Assembly (NCBI RefSeq): GCF_000237085.1
Contig: NC_016627.1
Location: 1,960,118 to 1,984,117 of the forward strand
DNA: 24,000 nt
Reading direction: 5' to 3'
DNA from: Acetivibrio clariflavus DSM 19732
Lineage (GTDB): Bacteria > Bacillota > Clostridia > Acetivibrionales > Acetivibrionaceae
Shown: in pieces, positions 7,745 through 16,143 of the stretch
Layout: each line of letters opens with the position of its first letter
How positions within the stretch are numbered: position 1 is the first letter of the stretch
The notes under the pieces: model-generated
What the model was told of the DNA's origin: nothing
The model's input: the letters and a program-made list of their open reading frames with translations, nothing else
Databases searched by the model: none
Position numbers and translations under genes: made by a program

Positions 7745-8680
7745 TTACTTCTGCTTTAAATACGGCTTGCCGCTGGCAGCAGGTACTCGGGATTTACCGA
7801 CAAACAGCACCAGCGTAATGATTGTCACGACATAAGGAATCATAGAAATCAGGTTTGGTGATATTACGTTGCCTGACCCCAGTAAGACCTTTAAGCCGTT
7901 GCACAATCCGAACAGCAGACAGGCTCCCATGGCCCCGTGAGGGGTGAATTTACCGAAGATAACAGCGGCGATGGCGATGAAACCCTGACCGACAATAACT
8001 TCGGGACGGAATTGACTGACAGTGCACAAGGTAACATACGCACCGCCCAGACCGGCGAAAAAGCCGGAAGCAATCACAGCTAAGTAGCGGATGCGAAATA
8101 CGTTGATGCCTTGGGTTTCGCAAGCCTTGGGATGTTCACCAACAGCCCGAAGACGCATTCCGAATCTGGTCTTATAGAAAATAAACCATACGACAGCCAC
8201 TGCGACAAAGGCCAAATAAGTAGCAACGTAGGTGTTAAGTACATTGTTCCAAAAACTTCCCACTTCGAAAATACCGTTGAACAACTTGGGCAGCTTTTGG
8301 GATGTGTCCAGTGGAGGAGTGTTCGAAGATTGCTCAAACAGGGCTTTACATACGAAGATGGCTACACCGGGCGCCAAAAAGTTTATGGCAGTACCGGAGA
8401 TGGTCTGGTCTGCACCGAAGGAGACACAGGCTATGGCGTGAATCAGTCCAAAGAGAGCACCAACCAGTCCACCGCATATAAAGGCCAGCCAGGCATTACC
8501 GGTGAAATGAGCTACTGCAGCACCTACAAAAGCACCGATGGTCATCATGCCTTCAATACCAATGTTAATGACGCCACTGCGTTCTGAAAAAGTGGAGCCC
8601 AGTGCAGCATAAAGCAAAGGAGGTGTAGCTATCAGTGTGGCGTTAATAATCAGGCCGAGGTTTTTAATCAATTCTTCCAT
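7745..8680 (-). CDS. ABC transporter permease, nucleoside/BMP-type (NupQ/RnsD-like)
   Basis: 311 aa polytopic membrane protein. Its ATG overlaps the upstream permease stop (TAATG at 8680). The operon context is a BMP lipoprotein plus a double ATPase. Confidence 0.85.
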   Translation of the reverse strand: MEELIKNLGLIINATLIATPPLLYAALGSTFSERSGVINIGIEGMMTIGAFVGAAVAHFTGNAWLAFICGGLVGALFGLIHAIACVSFGADQTISGTAINFLAPGVAIFVCKALFEQSSNTPPLDTSQKLPKLFNGIFEVGSFWNNVLNTYVATYLAFVAVAVVWFIFYKTRFGMRLRAVGEHPKACETQGINVFRIRYLAVIASGFFAGLGGAYVTLCTVSQFRPEVIVGQGFIAIAAVIFGKFTPHGAMGACLLFGLCNGLKVLLGSGNVISPNLISMIPYVVTIITLVLFVGKSRVPAASGKPYLKQK

Positions 8681-9798
8681 TATTTCTCCTCCTTATTCTT
8701 AAGCCGTCTTGTAATTAAATAGCGGAATACATGTGATATAGCTATAAAGAGCACGATAGTGCCCATAATAATGTCAACCACTTCGGTGGGAGCATCAATT
8801 AAATTGAGCTTGGAACCACCGTATTTCATGGCACCGTAAAACAGCCCGGAAAAAATACAGCCAATGGGGTGAGAGCTAGCAATTAGTGCAACGGTGATTC
8901 CCTGGAAGCCGAAGCCCTCCTGTCCTGCAAACTGGCTGATGCGCATGGAGTTACCCATCAGTTGTACGGCACCGCCTAGAGCCGCCAGCGCACCCGACAG
9001 GCTCATGGCGATATACATGGTCTTGTCGGAATTAATACCGCCGTATTTGGCTGCGTGAGGGTTAAGCCCAACGGCCTGTACTCTATAGCCAAAAGTGGTT
9101 TTTGTGAGAATAAACCAAATAGCAACTGCTGCAATTATTGCCAGTAAAATACCGTAATTGGCTTTATTACTCTGAAAAATATTCTGCAGCGATTGGGGAA
9201 GCAAAATTCTTGCCGATTCACGAATATCCTTGGAAGCTTCACCGCCGCCTACCTTGTGAATTGTTTTAGTGTTAATTACGTAGTTTGAGAGATAAAAGGC
9301 GATCCAATTGAACATGATGAAGGACAAAACCTCATTGATGCCGAACCGGACGCGAAGCACTGCTACCAGGAAGCTCCACACCATACCTGCTGCAATAGCT
9401 GCCAGCATACATAGCAATACGTGTAAAACAGGATGAGCGTCCACCAGGATTCCTACACACAAAGCGGCCAGTGAACCTACAACAAACTGACCTTCTGCAC
9501 CGATGTTGAAAACACCCATTTTGTAAGAAAAGGCCACGCTCAATCCCGTAAACACCAGCGGGGTTGCATAGATTACCGACCAAATGAGATACTTTGGACG
9601 GCTAAACACGCTGCTAAACAACTTTGCATATGCTTCCAGGGGACTGAAGCCGGCTGACCACAGAAAAATGCCACCGACCAGAAACCCGAAGAAAATAGCA
9701 ATAATGGTATATAGAGCATTTTGATAAATTAGACCTTGTACTTTAATTTTTAAAATGTTCTGAGAGGTCTCGCTATTATGATTAATCTTCTGTTTCAT
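8680..9798 (-). CDS. ABC transporter permease, nucleoside/BMP-type (NupP/RnsC-like)
   Basis: 372 aa polytopic membrane protein. AGGAGG lies 8 nt upstream of the ATG at 9798. The start overlaps the ATPase 3' end by 17 nt. Confidence 0.85.
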   Translation of the reverse strand: MKQKINHNSETSQNILKIKVQGLIYQNALYTIIAIFFGFLVGGIFLWSAGFSPLEAYAKLFSSVFSRPKYLIWSVIYATPLVFTGLSVAFSYKMGVFNIGAEGQFVVGSLAALCVGILVDAHPVLHVLLCMLAAIAAGMVWSFLVAVLRVRFGINEVLSFIMFNWIAFYLSNYVINTKTIHKVGGGEASKDIRESARILLPQSLQNIFQSNKANYGILLAIIAAVAIWFILTKTTFGYRVQAVGLNPHAAKYGGINSDKTMYIAMSLSGALAALGGAVQLMGNSMRISQFAGQEGFGFQGITVALIASSHPIGCIFSGLFYGAMKYGGSKLNLIDAPTEVVDIIMGTIVLFIAISHVFRYLITRRLKNKEEK

Positions 9799-11335
9799 TT
9801 TTGGTTCCTCCTGCCATCATCAGTCCCAGGACTTTTTCATTGGCCTTGTGGCCTGGTACACTGCCTACGATATTGCCATTGTAAATGACTTCAATCCGGT
9901 CGGAAAGGCTCATGATTTCATCCAGTTCAAAGGACACCAGCAGCACAGCTTTATTTTTATTGCGCTGTTCCACAATATATCGGTGAACAAACTCGATGGC
10001 GCCTACGTCCAAACCGCGAGTGGGATTTACTGCAATAAGCAAGTCCTTGTCGTTGGTGACCTCCCGGGCAATAATGACTTTCTGCTGGTTACCGCCGGAC
10101 AGCTTGCCAGCTTCTTTGGTGCCGCCTTCTGCACCGCGGATGTCAAATTTACCGACCAATTCTTCCGCATGCTTATAAATATCATCTTTCTTTAAAATGC
10201 CGTGTTTGGAGAAAGGAGGTTTAACATAATTTTGCAGCACCAGGTTGTAAGCTACCGAATATTCCAGTACCAGCCCGTGCTTCTGCCGGTCGGCCGGAAT
10301 GCTGGATACTCCGTTATCAAACAAAGTATGTGCATCGGCATTAAATAAATCCTTGCCGCCAATGATAACCTTGCCGGATTCGCCTTTTCTTAAGCCGGTT
10401 AAAATCTCCACCAGCTCGGTCTGGCCATTGCCGTCTACTCCGGCTAAACCCACAATTTCACCACGGCGCACTTTTAGGTTCAAGCCCTTAAGCACTTCAA
10501 CGCCGCGGTAATCCTTAGCGTGGAGATCCTGTATGTCAATAATGACTTCACCGGGTTCAATAGGCTTTTTGTCCACCACAAATTGAACATCGCGGCCTAC
10601 CATCATGGAAGCCAGATCGTGTTCACTGACAGCTTCCACATCGACAGTATTGATATATTTGCCTTGCCTGATAATAGTACATCTATCAGCCGATGCTTTG
10701 ATTTCCTTCAGCTTATGGGTAATTAGAATCACGGTTTTACCATCGGCTGTGAGATTGCGGATGATATTGATCAGTTCTTCGATTTCCTGCGGAGTCAGCG
10801 AGGCGGTGGGCTCATCAAGAATAAGGATGTTAGCACCTCGGTACAGTACCTTGAGGATTTCCACACGCTGCTGCATTCCTACCGAAATGTCTTCAATTTT
10901 GGCATCGGGATCCACATGCATTCCATAGCGCTCTGAAAGCTCTTTTACTTTCCGGCGTGCCTTTTTGATGTCAACCACCATAGCTTTAGTGGGTTCCATG
11001 CCGAGAATAATGTTTTCGGTAACAGTGAAGGGTTCCACCAACATAAAGTGCTGGTGCACCATGCCGATGCCAAGTTCAATGGCATGGCTCGGATTCTCAA
11101 TGTGCACAGGAGAGCCGAATATGGTAATGCTGCCCGATGTCGGTTTATACAGTCCATACAATATGTTCATCAGTGTGCTTTTTCCGGCGCCGTTTTCGCC
11201 AAGAATAGCGTGAACTTCACCTTTATAAACTGTTAGGTTGATGTGGTCGTTGGCCACGAAATTACCGAACTTTTTGACAATGTCAGTCATTTGAACGGCA
11301 ACTGTGTTGGGATCAAAATGGCTTGTTTTTTTCAA
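9782..11335 (-). CDS. ABC transporter ATP-binding protein with two ABC cassettes, nucleoside/BMP-type (NupO/RnsB-like)
   Basis: Cassette 1 has GENGAGKST, LSVGMQQRVEIL and ILILDEPTA. Cassette 2 has GVDGNGQTE, LSGGNQQK and LLIAVNPTRGLD. The most likely start is TTG at 11335, preceded by AAGGAGGG (9-nt spacing). The ORF-track start at 11446 would overlap the upstream gene and has no RBS. An alternative start is ATG 11290. Confidence 0.88.
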   Translation of the reverse strand: MKKTSHFDPNTVAVQMTDIVKKFGNFVANDHINLTVYKGEVHAILGENGAGKSTLMNILYGLYKPTSGSITIFGSPVHIENPSHAIELGIGMVHQHFMLVEPFTVTENIILGMEPTKAMVVDIKKARRKVKELSERYGMHVDPDAKIEDISVGMQQRVEILKVLYRGANILILDEPTASLTPQEIEELINIIRNLTADGKTVILITHKLKEIKASADRCTIIRQGKYINTVDVEAVSEHDLASMMVGRDVQFVVDKKPIEPGEVIIDIQDLHAKDYRGVEVLKGLNLKVRRGEIVGLAGVDGNGQTELVEILTGLRKGESGKVIIGGKDLFNADAHTLFDNGVSSIPADRQKHGLVLEYSVAYNLVLQNYVKPPFSKHGILKKDDIYKHAEELVGKFDIRGAEGGTKEAGKLSGGNQQKVIIAREVTNDKDLLIAVNPTRGLDVGAIEFVHRYIVEQRNKNKAVLLVSFELDEIMSLSDRIEVIYNGNIVGSVPGHKANEKVLGLMMAGGTKNETED

Positions 11336-11408
11336 ATCCGTTTTTCCCTCCTTGTATATTTGTCTCACGGGAATTACGTGATGTATATGTATATATGGTT
11401 TATACAAT

Positions 11409-12251
11409 TCAAATGATAATAATATCTTTAAAGCCTTTGGCTGCAAGTAGTCTGGCGTAATATTCCATTTGTTCGCGTGCAGGGATTTTCAAAGTATCCT
11501 TATATTGCTGGCGAACACCTATAGGACGATAAGATATAAGTTTATATCGTATGGGACGAAGGGACAAGAAGCCGCTAAGCATGTCGCCGGTTTGTATAAT
11601 GGTTTGTTCTGCATCGAAAAGGCCGGGGGAAACTACTGTACGTACCTCATACAGTTTAGCCTTCGAGGCAAGAAACCTGGCATTTTTCAAGACAAGGGAA
11701 TTGTCCCATCCGGTTACCCGCTTGTGTTCTTCAGAGTTACCAGCTTTAATGTCAAGCATCACGCCGTCGGTGACGGCCAGCAAATCAGGATATTGTTCAA
11801 AATCAAGAGTCCCATTGGAATCAATTAGGGTGGACAGGCCATGAGCCTGTGCCAGGGTAAACAGCTCAGTTAAAAACTCCGGATAAAGTGTACATTCCCC
11901 GCCCGAAACGGTGATACCGCGGATAAACGGAATTTGATTTTCTACCTTTTGCCAAACCTGTTCCGGTGTCATATCGAGGGTTTTGGGACTGCTGTCATGG
12001 GGACATACGTTAATGCACCTGTCACAATGGATGCATTTGGTGCTGTTGTAAACAACTTTCTGTCCTTCGAAGCTTAATGCCCCTGTGGGGCATGAGTTGA
12101 TACATGTCCCACAGTGCACACATTTGCCTCTTGTTTCAGGGTTGTGGCAATACAAACAGTTCATATTACAACCTTGCAGAAAGATGGCTGTACGGTTACC
12201 AGGGCCGTCAACGGTGCTAAAGGGTATGATTTTGTTGACTGTGACCACCAT
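11409..12251 (-). CDS. yjjW: Glycyl-radical enzyme activating protein (radical SAM, YjjW-like)
   Basis: Carries the CNMNCLYC radical-SAM CX3CX2C motif (12147-12170), the GRE-activase type N-terminus VDGPGNRTAIFLQGC, and two ferredoxin motifs, CVHCGTCINSCP and CIHCDRCINVCP. It starts 2 nt after the upstream GRE-like gene stop, with AAAGGTG upstream. Confidence 0.85.
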   Translation of the reverse strand: MVVTVNKIIPFSTVDGPGNRTAIFLQGCNMNCLYCHNPETRGKCVHCGTCINSCPTGALSFEGQKVVYNSTKCIHCDRCINVCPHDSSPKTLDMTPEQVWQKVENQIPFIRGITVSGGECTLYPEFLTELFTLAQAHGLSTLIDSNGTLDFEQYPDLLAVTDGVMLDIKAGNSEEHKRVTGWDNSLVLKNARFLASKAKLYEVRTVVSPGLFDAEQTIIQTGDMLSGFLSLRPIRYKLISYRPIGVRQQYKDTLKIPAREQMEYYARLLAAKGFKDIIII

Positions 12252-12253
12252 AA

Positions 12254-13798
12254 TTAGCGCACCTTTCTATCAAAAACTTTTCCGTTTTGGGCTGCGCCCA
12301 TTCCCAAAGCGGTAGTGTCATGCAATACATTCTGACCACTTTTTAGCTTTTCGATTTCCGAGCGCTTGACCAAATAGCCCGTAATACGGATAACATCGCT
12401 GTTCTTCTCATAGAAGGACAGATAGCGTAATTCCTTGCGGAAAGAACCTTTTACAATATCCAGTACATATTCCGGATTTTGGTGAACAGTGATATCCATA
12501 GGGAAAATGTCACCCGTTCCGGATGGGAAATATTTATGGAAATGATTGATAACCATGAGGTGATCAATCATTTCGTCGGGTTCTTCCCCGATGGGGATAC
12601 GCGTGCCCGGTGAGATATTTTTATCCTCTGAAATTCCTACTTGCGCATGAAGCAGAAAATGACCGCCGGTTATTTCGCAATATGGGTTATGGTGTTTTTC
12701 GTTGAATTCATATATCTGCCTGATAATGGATTCACCAAGTTCGGTGGCATACTCGTCATGACCGAAGCGACCGGGACGACCTTCTTTTTCCAGTAGGATG
12801 TTGACACACTCCGCCAGGCCTACCAGGCCAAACATGGCAGTAAAACGATTGCGACTGATAAAGCCTTCCTTAGCCAGGAAGTTATTTTCAAAGAAGCCGC
12901 TTTCTTCGACTTCGAAACGGATACGGGCGTCCATATACCGCGCCATGATGTCCATAACATAGGGCAGTTGGTTGGTTTTAAAATCCTCAATTCCGCTGGC
13001 ACGTTTGGCAATATTGCCGAGAATCAGGCGGCAAAGGGTGTATGATCCGCCGCCTAACGGCAATCCGTTATAGCAGCTGGCAATGACGTAATTTTCGCCA
13101 AGTTCCTGTCTGAACATACAGTGGTTGGCAAAGCTGGGCTTGGCCGAACGTAAAGCTGTTTTTACAGCCTGAATGGCGAAGTCATCATCGGTAACACCTT
13201 CTTCGTATTTTAAGGTCAGATTGGGCACGGCCTGCATAAGCTCTGTCTCTAGCTCAAGCAGCAAGCGACCGGTACGTGTAGGCATAGGGCCGATATTTGC
13301 ATGGGAGAAGGAGTCAAGAATAGTACGGTCCACATGCACCAAAAAGCCTCGCAGAAGTTTTTTGGCAGTAGCGTCGTCCACATTTTGTATAAAAGGTTCC
13401 AGCAGCATGTCCAACTGCCCCAGATAGACGGGGAAGTTGGTCACGCTGGGAACATGCTTGTAAAAAATAAGCAGAGAATTAAGTGCTTCATACAAGTCGG
13501 TAGGGGGCATAAGTTGCAGAAACCGGCTGCCTTCTTTCATGAATTTGGCGTAGTCGGGGATTATATATCGCGGGCGAAGAGGAGCGTGCCCCTCATTAAG
13601 GTCGCATATGCATTTTTTATCTTCCGGGACGTTCATCAGCTCGTCCAATCCTTCCGGCAAATCCAGTACTTCCAGAAGAGAATCGGCAGCATTGGCCAGT
13701 GAAGCAACCTTTTGCTCGTGAGTGAGTGTTGGACTTTTAATTATATCCAGTATTTTTTCGCGTGTTTCGTTCACACGCTGCATGGAAATATCTCTCAA
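12254..13798 (-). CDS. yjjI: YjjI-like (DUF3029) putative glycyl radical enzyme, substrate unknown
   Basis: 514 aa (E. coli YjjI is about 516 aa). The C-terminal glycyl-radical fingerprint is VIRITGYLV, with G474 encoded at 12377-12379. It sits immediately upstream of a GRE activase. The start is TTG 13798, with GGGTGG 7 nt upstream; an alternative is ATG 13783. The family assignment is from memory of family features, not from a search. Confidence 0.7.
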   Translation of the reverse strand: MRDISMQRVNETREKILDIIKSPTLTHEQKVASLANAADSLLEVLDLPEGLDELMNVPEDKKCICDLNEGHAPLRPRYIIPDYAKFMKEGSRFLQLMPPTDLYEALNSLLIFYKHVPSVTNFPVYLGQLDMLLEPFIQNVDDATAKKLLRGFLVHVDRTILDSFSHANIGPMPTRTGRLLLELETELMQAVPNLTLKYEEGVTDDDFAIQAVKTALRSAKPSFANHCMFRQELGENYVIASCYNGLPLGGGSYTLCRLILGNIAKRASGIEDFKTNQLPYVMDIMARYMDARIRFEVEESGFFENNFLAKEGFISRNRFTAMFGLVGLAECVNILLEKEGRPGRFGHDEYATELGESIIRQIYEFNEKHHNPYCEITGGHFLLHAQVGISEDKNISPGTRIPIGEEPDEMIDHLMVINHFHKYFPSGTGDIFPMDITVHQNPEYVLDIVKGSFRKELRYLSFYEKNSDVIRITGYLVKRSEIEKLKSGQNVLHDTTALGMGAAQNGKVFDRKVR

Positions 13799-13852
13799 TT
13801 GATTGCCACCCTTCTTTGGATAATTAAGGTTGTTTTGCTTAAATAGTTAGAA

Positions 13853-14911
13853 TTAGTCGTCTAATTCGTAGATGTTACCGTATTTTGCTTCAAATTCATC
13901 TTTGGTTTTCGGAACGGTAATTTTACCGCTGAGGATGTCCTGTTTAGCCTGGTTTACATAGTCAAGAACTTCCTTAGGCAAGTTGGTGGTAGTAGGAGCG
14001 ATGTCCACACCTGCGGACTTTAGATCATAAGTGATGATACCGGATTTGAAATTGCCTTCCTTAACGGCTTTAGCAATATCAAAGCATGCATTGTCAACAC
14101 GTTTCATAGCAGAGGTCAGAATATTTTCAGGAGCGAGAGGGGACTGGTCACTGTCTACACCGATTGCCCATTTGCCTGCATCTTTACAGCCTTCGATTAC
14201 TCCCAGACCTGTGCCGCCTGCTGCATGGAAGATTACGTCCGCACCGTTGGTGATCATTGTAGTAGCAGCAGATTTACCGGTTTCGGTGCTTCCGAAAGAG
14301 TTAGCATTGAACTGCAGGATAGTAGCATTGGGGTTGGCATCTTTAACTCCGGCAAGATACCCATACCCGAACTCGTTCATGGTCTGGCTGACCATACCGA
14401 CAACGAAGCCTACTTTGTTTGTCTTGGTCATTTTACCGGCAACAAGACCAACCAGATAAGAAGCCTGGCTCTGTTCAAACATCAGGCAGGTAACGTTGGG
14501 CAAATTGATGGATGCATCGTCGATGATGGCAAACTTCTGATTGGGATTAGCTTCAGCTGCTTTTTTAGTGGCATCAGCCAACATGTATCCTACACAGATG
14601 ATGAGGTCATAGCCTTCATCGATAAAAGCCTCAATGTTGGGAGCATAGTCGGCATCGGTTGCAGATTCGGCATAGCGAACTTCTACCCCAAGTTCTCTTT
14701 GAGCGCGCTGAAGACCTTCCCAGGCAGATTGGTTGAAGGAACCGTCGTTTACACCGCCAATGTCGGTAACCATACCGATCTTAATCTTCTTGCCACCGCT
14801 GTCGTTGTTATTGTTATTATTGTTGTTAATGTTTTCAGGTTTCTTTCCGCTGCATGCGGTCATTGAAAAGACCATTATTATCGATAATAGTAATGCTAGA
14901 AACTTTTTCAT
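13853..14911 (-). CDS. BMP-family (BmpA/PnrA/NupN-like) ABC substrate-binding lipoprotein, nucleoside-binding type
   Basis: Signal peptide with lipobox (LLSIIMVFSMTAC), a poly-Asn/Gly linker, and BMP-family core motifs GMVTDIGGVNDGSFNQSAWEG and HAAGGTGLGV. AAAGGAG lies 8 nt upstream. Confidence 0.9.
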   Translation of the reverse strand: MKKFLALLLSIIMVFSMTACSGKKPENINNNNNNNNDSGGKKIKIGMVTDIGGVNDGSFNQSAWEGLQRAQRELGVEVRYAESATDADYAPNIEAFIDEGYDLIICVGYMLADATKKAAEANPNQKFAIIDDASINLPNVTCLMFEQSQASYLVGLVAGKMTKTNKVGFVVGMVSQTMNEFGYGYLAGVKDANPNATILQFNANSFGSTETGKSAATTMITNGADVIFHAAGGTGLGVIEGCKDAGKWAIGVDSDQSPLAPENILTSAMKRVDNACFDIAKAVKEGNFKSGIITYDLKSAGVDIAPTTTNLPKEVLDYVNQAKQDILSGKITVPKTKDEFEAKYGNIYELDD

Positions 14912-14994
14912 GTCACTATCTCCTTTTCAATATATTTTTTATTTATTTTTTACTTTTCAGCATTGTTTAATTTATCTGAAACCTAAATTGTTTT

Positions 14995-15705
14995 TTAAAT
15001 AATTCCCAGTGCAACTTCAATCATATTTTTGAAGCCTAGCTGACGTTCCTGAGAAGATAGCTGTGTACCTTTGTAAATGTGGTCAGATATAGACAGGATA
15101 CACAAAGCATTTTTTCCTGCCTTGGCTGCATTCATATACAAAGCTGCAGCTTCCATTTCGATACACAACACGCCCATACTCTTCCAGGCATCGTTAGCAC
15201 CTTTATTGGCGTTGTAGAACACATCTGTGGAAAGAACATTGCCGATGGCAACGCTAATTTCTTTTTTGCGCGCTTCCTCAATAGCTTTTTGCATCAGCAC
15301 AAAACTAGCAATGGGTGCAAAAGTGCCGGGAAGTTGGTATTGGCTGGCATAATTGGAATCAGTGCAGGCTCCCATAGCAATGACAAGATCTTTTAGTTCC
15401 AGATCATCGCTTAAAGCACCGGCTGAGCCTATGCGGATGATATTGTCCACATCGTAAAAATTAAAAAGCTCATAGGAATAAATTCCGATAGAGGGAATAC
15501 CCATACCGTGTCCCATAACAGACACCGGCTTTCCTTGATAAGTACCGGTAAAACCTAACATATTGCGAACAGTATTAAAGCAGGTAACATTTTCTAAATA
15601 GGTTTCAGCAATAAACTTTGCACGCAGTGGATCACCGGGCATAAGCACCGTTTTTGCAATTTGCCCTTCTTCTGCTGCGTTATGTGGAGTTGGCACTCTG
15701 CTCAT
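14995..15705 (-). CDS. deoD: Purine nucleoside phosphorylase, DeoD type
   Basis: Strong similarity to E. coli DeoD across its length (VLMPGDPLRAKFIAETYLE, MLGFTGTYQGKPVSVMGHGMGIPS, CIEMEAAALY, LSISDH). RBS AAGGAGGTGA lies upstream. Confidence 0.95.
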   Translation of the reverse strand: MSRVPTPHNAAEEGQIAKTVLMPGDPLRAKFIAETYLENVTCFNTVRNMLGFTGTYQGKPVSVMGHGMGIPSIGIYSYELFNFYDVDNIIRIGSAGALSDDLELKDLVIAMGACTDSNYASQYQLPGTFAPIASFVLMQKAIEEARKKEISVAIGNVLSTDVFYNANKGANDAWKSMGVLCIEMEAAALYMNAAKAGKNALCILSISDHIYKGTQLSSQERQLGFKNMIEVALGII

Positions 15706-15887
15706 GTTTCACCTCCTTGTATATGGTATTGCTTTCCGGAACCTTAATTGTAACTAATCATATTTTTTCTCCTTTTGGAAAAATTATTATCAAAAGAAAG
15801 GATATACTTTTCTGAAATAAAAGCTGTTACACGTATTTATAAAGGACACTGTAAATTCAAAGATCAAAAGTGCCTTTTATATTTTAG

Positions 15888-15929
15888 CACACGATGTCGA
15901 ATTATACAATATAATGTCGAAAGTGTGAC
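15888..15929 (-). promoter_or_regulatory. Candidate deoD-operon promoter bracketed by two direct repeats (operator candidate)
   Basis: On the - strand: GTCACA (15929-15924)-N17-TATAAT (15906-15901). The direct repeat ATGTCGAA (+ strand) occurs at 15894-15901 and 15914-15921, 20 bp apart. CACAC and GTGTG flank the pair. Confidence 0.35.
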
Positions 15930-16044
15930 TTTGCCCGTGAGGGTATGATTAGGCAAAGAAAATGGTTAATGCATGGTGTGACTATTATATTTACGGTTTA
16001 CTAAAAAGAGATACTGAAAAAATTAATTAATTATTCTAAGTAGT

Positions 16045-16073
16045 TTGTGTTATAAATTCCAATAAGTTATAAT
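16045..16073 (+). promoter_or_regulatory. Candidate sigma-A type promoter for the PNP/UDP-family gene
   Basis: TTGTGT (16045-16050)-N17-TATAAT (16068-16073), about 70 nt upstream of ATG 16144. RBS AAGGTGGTGA follows. Confidence 0.45.
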
Positions 16074-16143
16074 ATAGGGTAATCAAGAGTATGTTTTTTA
16101 AATCACAGCAGTAGATTATTATTAATAAGGTGGTGATTTTGTC

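Noticed and set aside
11336-11446. 5' extension of the double ABC ATPase ORF (ORF-track start at 11446, 554 aa)
   Set aside because: The extension overlaps the activase gene 3' end by 38 nt, has no RBS and encodes non-ABC sequence. TTG 11335 has AAGGAGGG upstream and aligns with the usual N-terminus of this ATPase family.
14804-14827. AAC/AAT repeat encoding eight consecutive Asn in the lipoprotein as a phase-variable tract
   Set aside because: It is an in-frame mixed-codon low-complexity linker right after the lipobox, which is common in Firmicute lipoproteins. It is not a homopolymeric or perfect tandem tract that would favour slippage.
14225-14866. 213-aa ORF antisense to the BMP lipoprotein gene, and other long antisense ORFs (e.g. 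8111-8587, 4081-4551, 1562-1996, 13301-13702, 18787-19239, 21011-21385, 23336-23716, 7252-7602)
   Set aside because: All lie fully inside confidently identified genes on the opposite strand and have low-complexity or odd composition. They lack RBSs and are typical shadow ORFs.
15706-15900. Purine or other nucleoside-related riboswitch in the deoD leader
   Set aside because: I could not find the conserved purine-riboswitch core (three-way junction with the UAUA...CUACC-type loops) or any other class signature on either strand. Only a generic hairpin is present.
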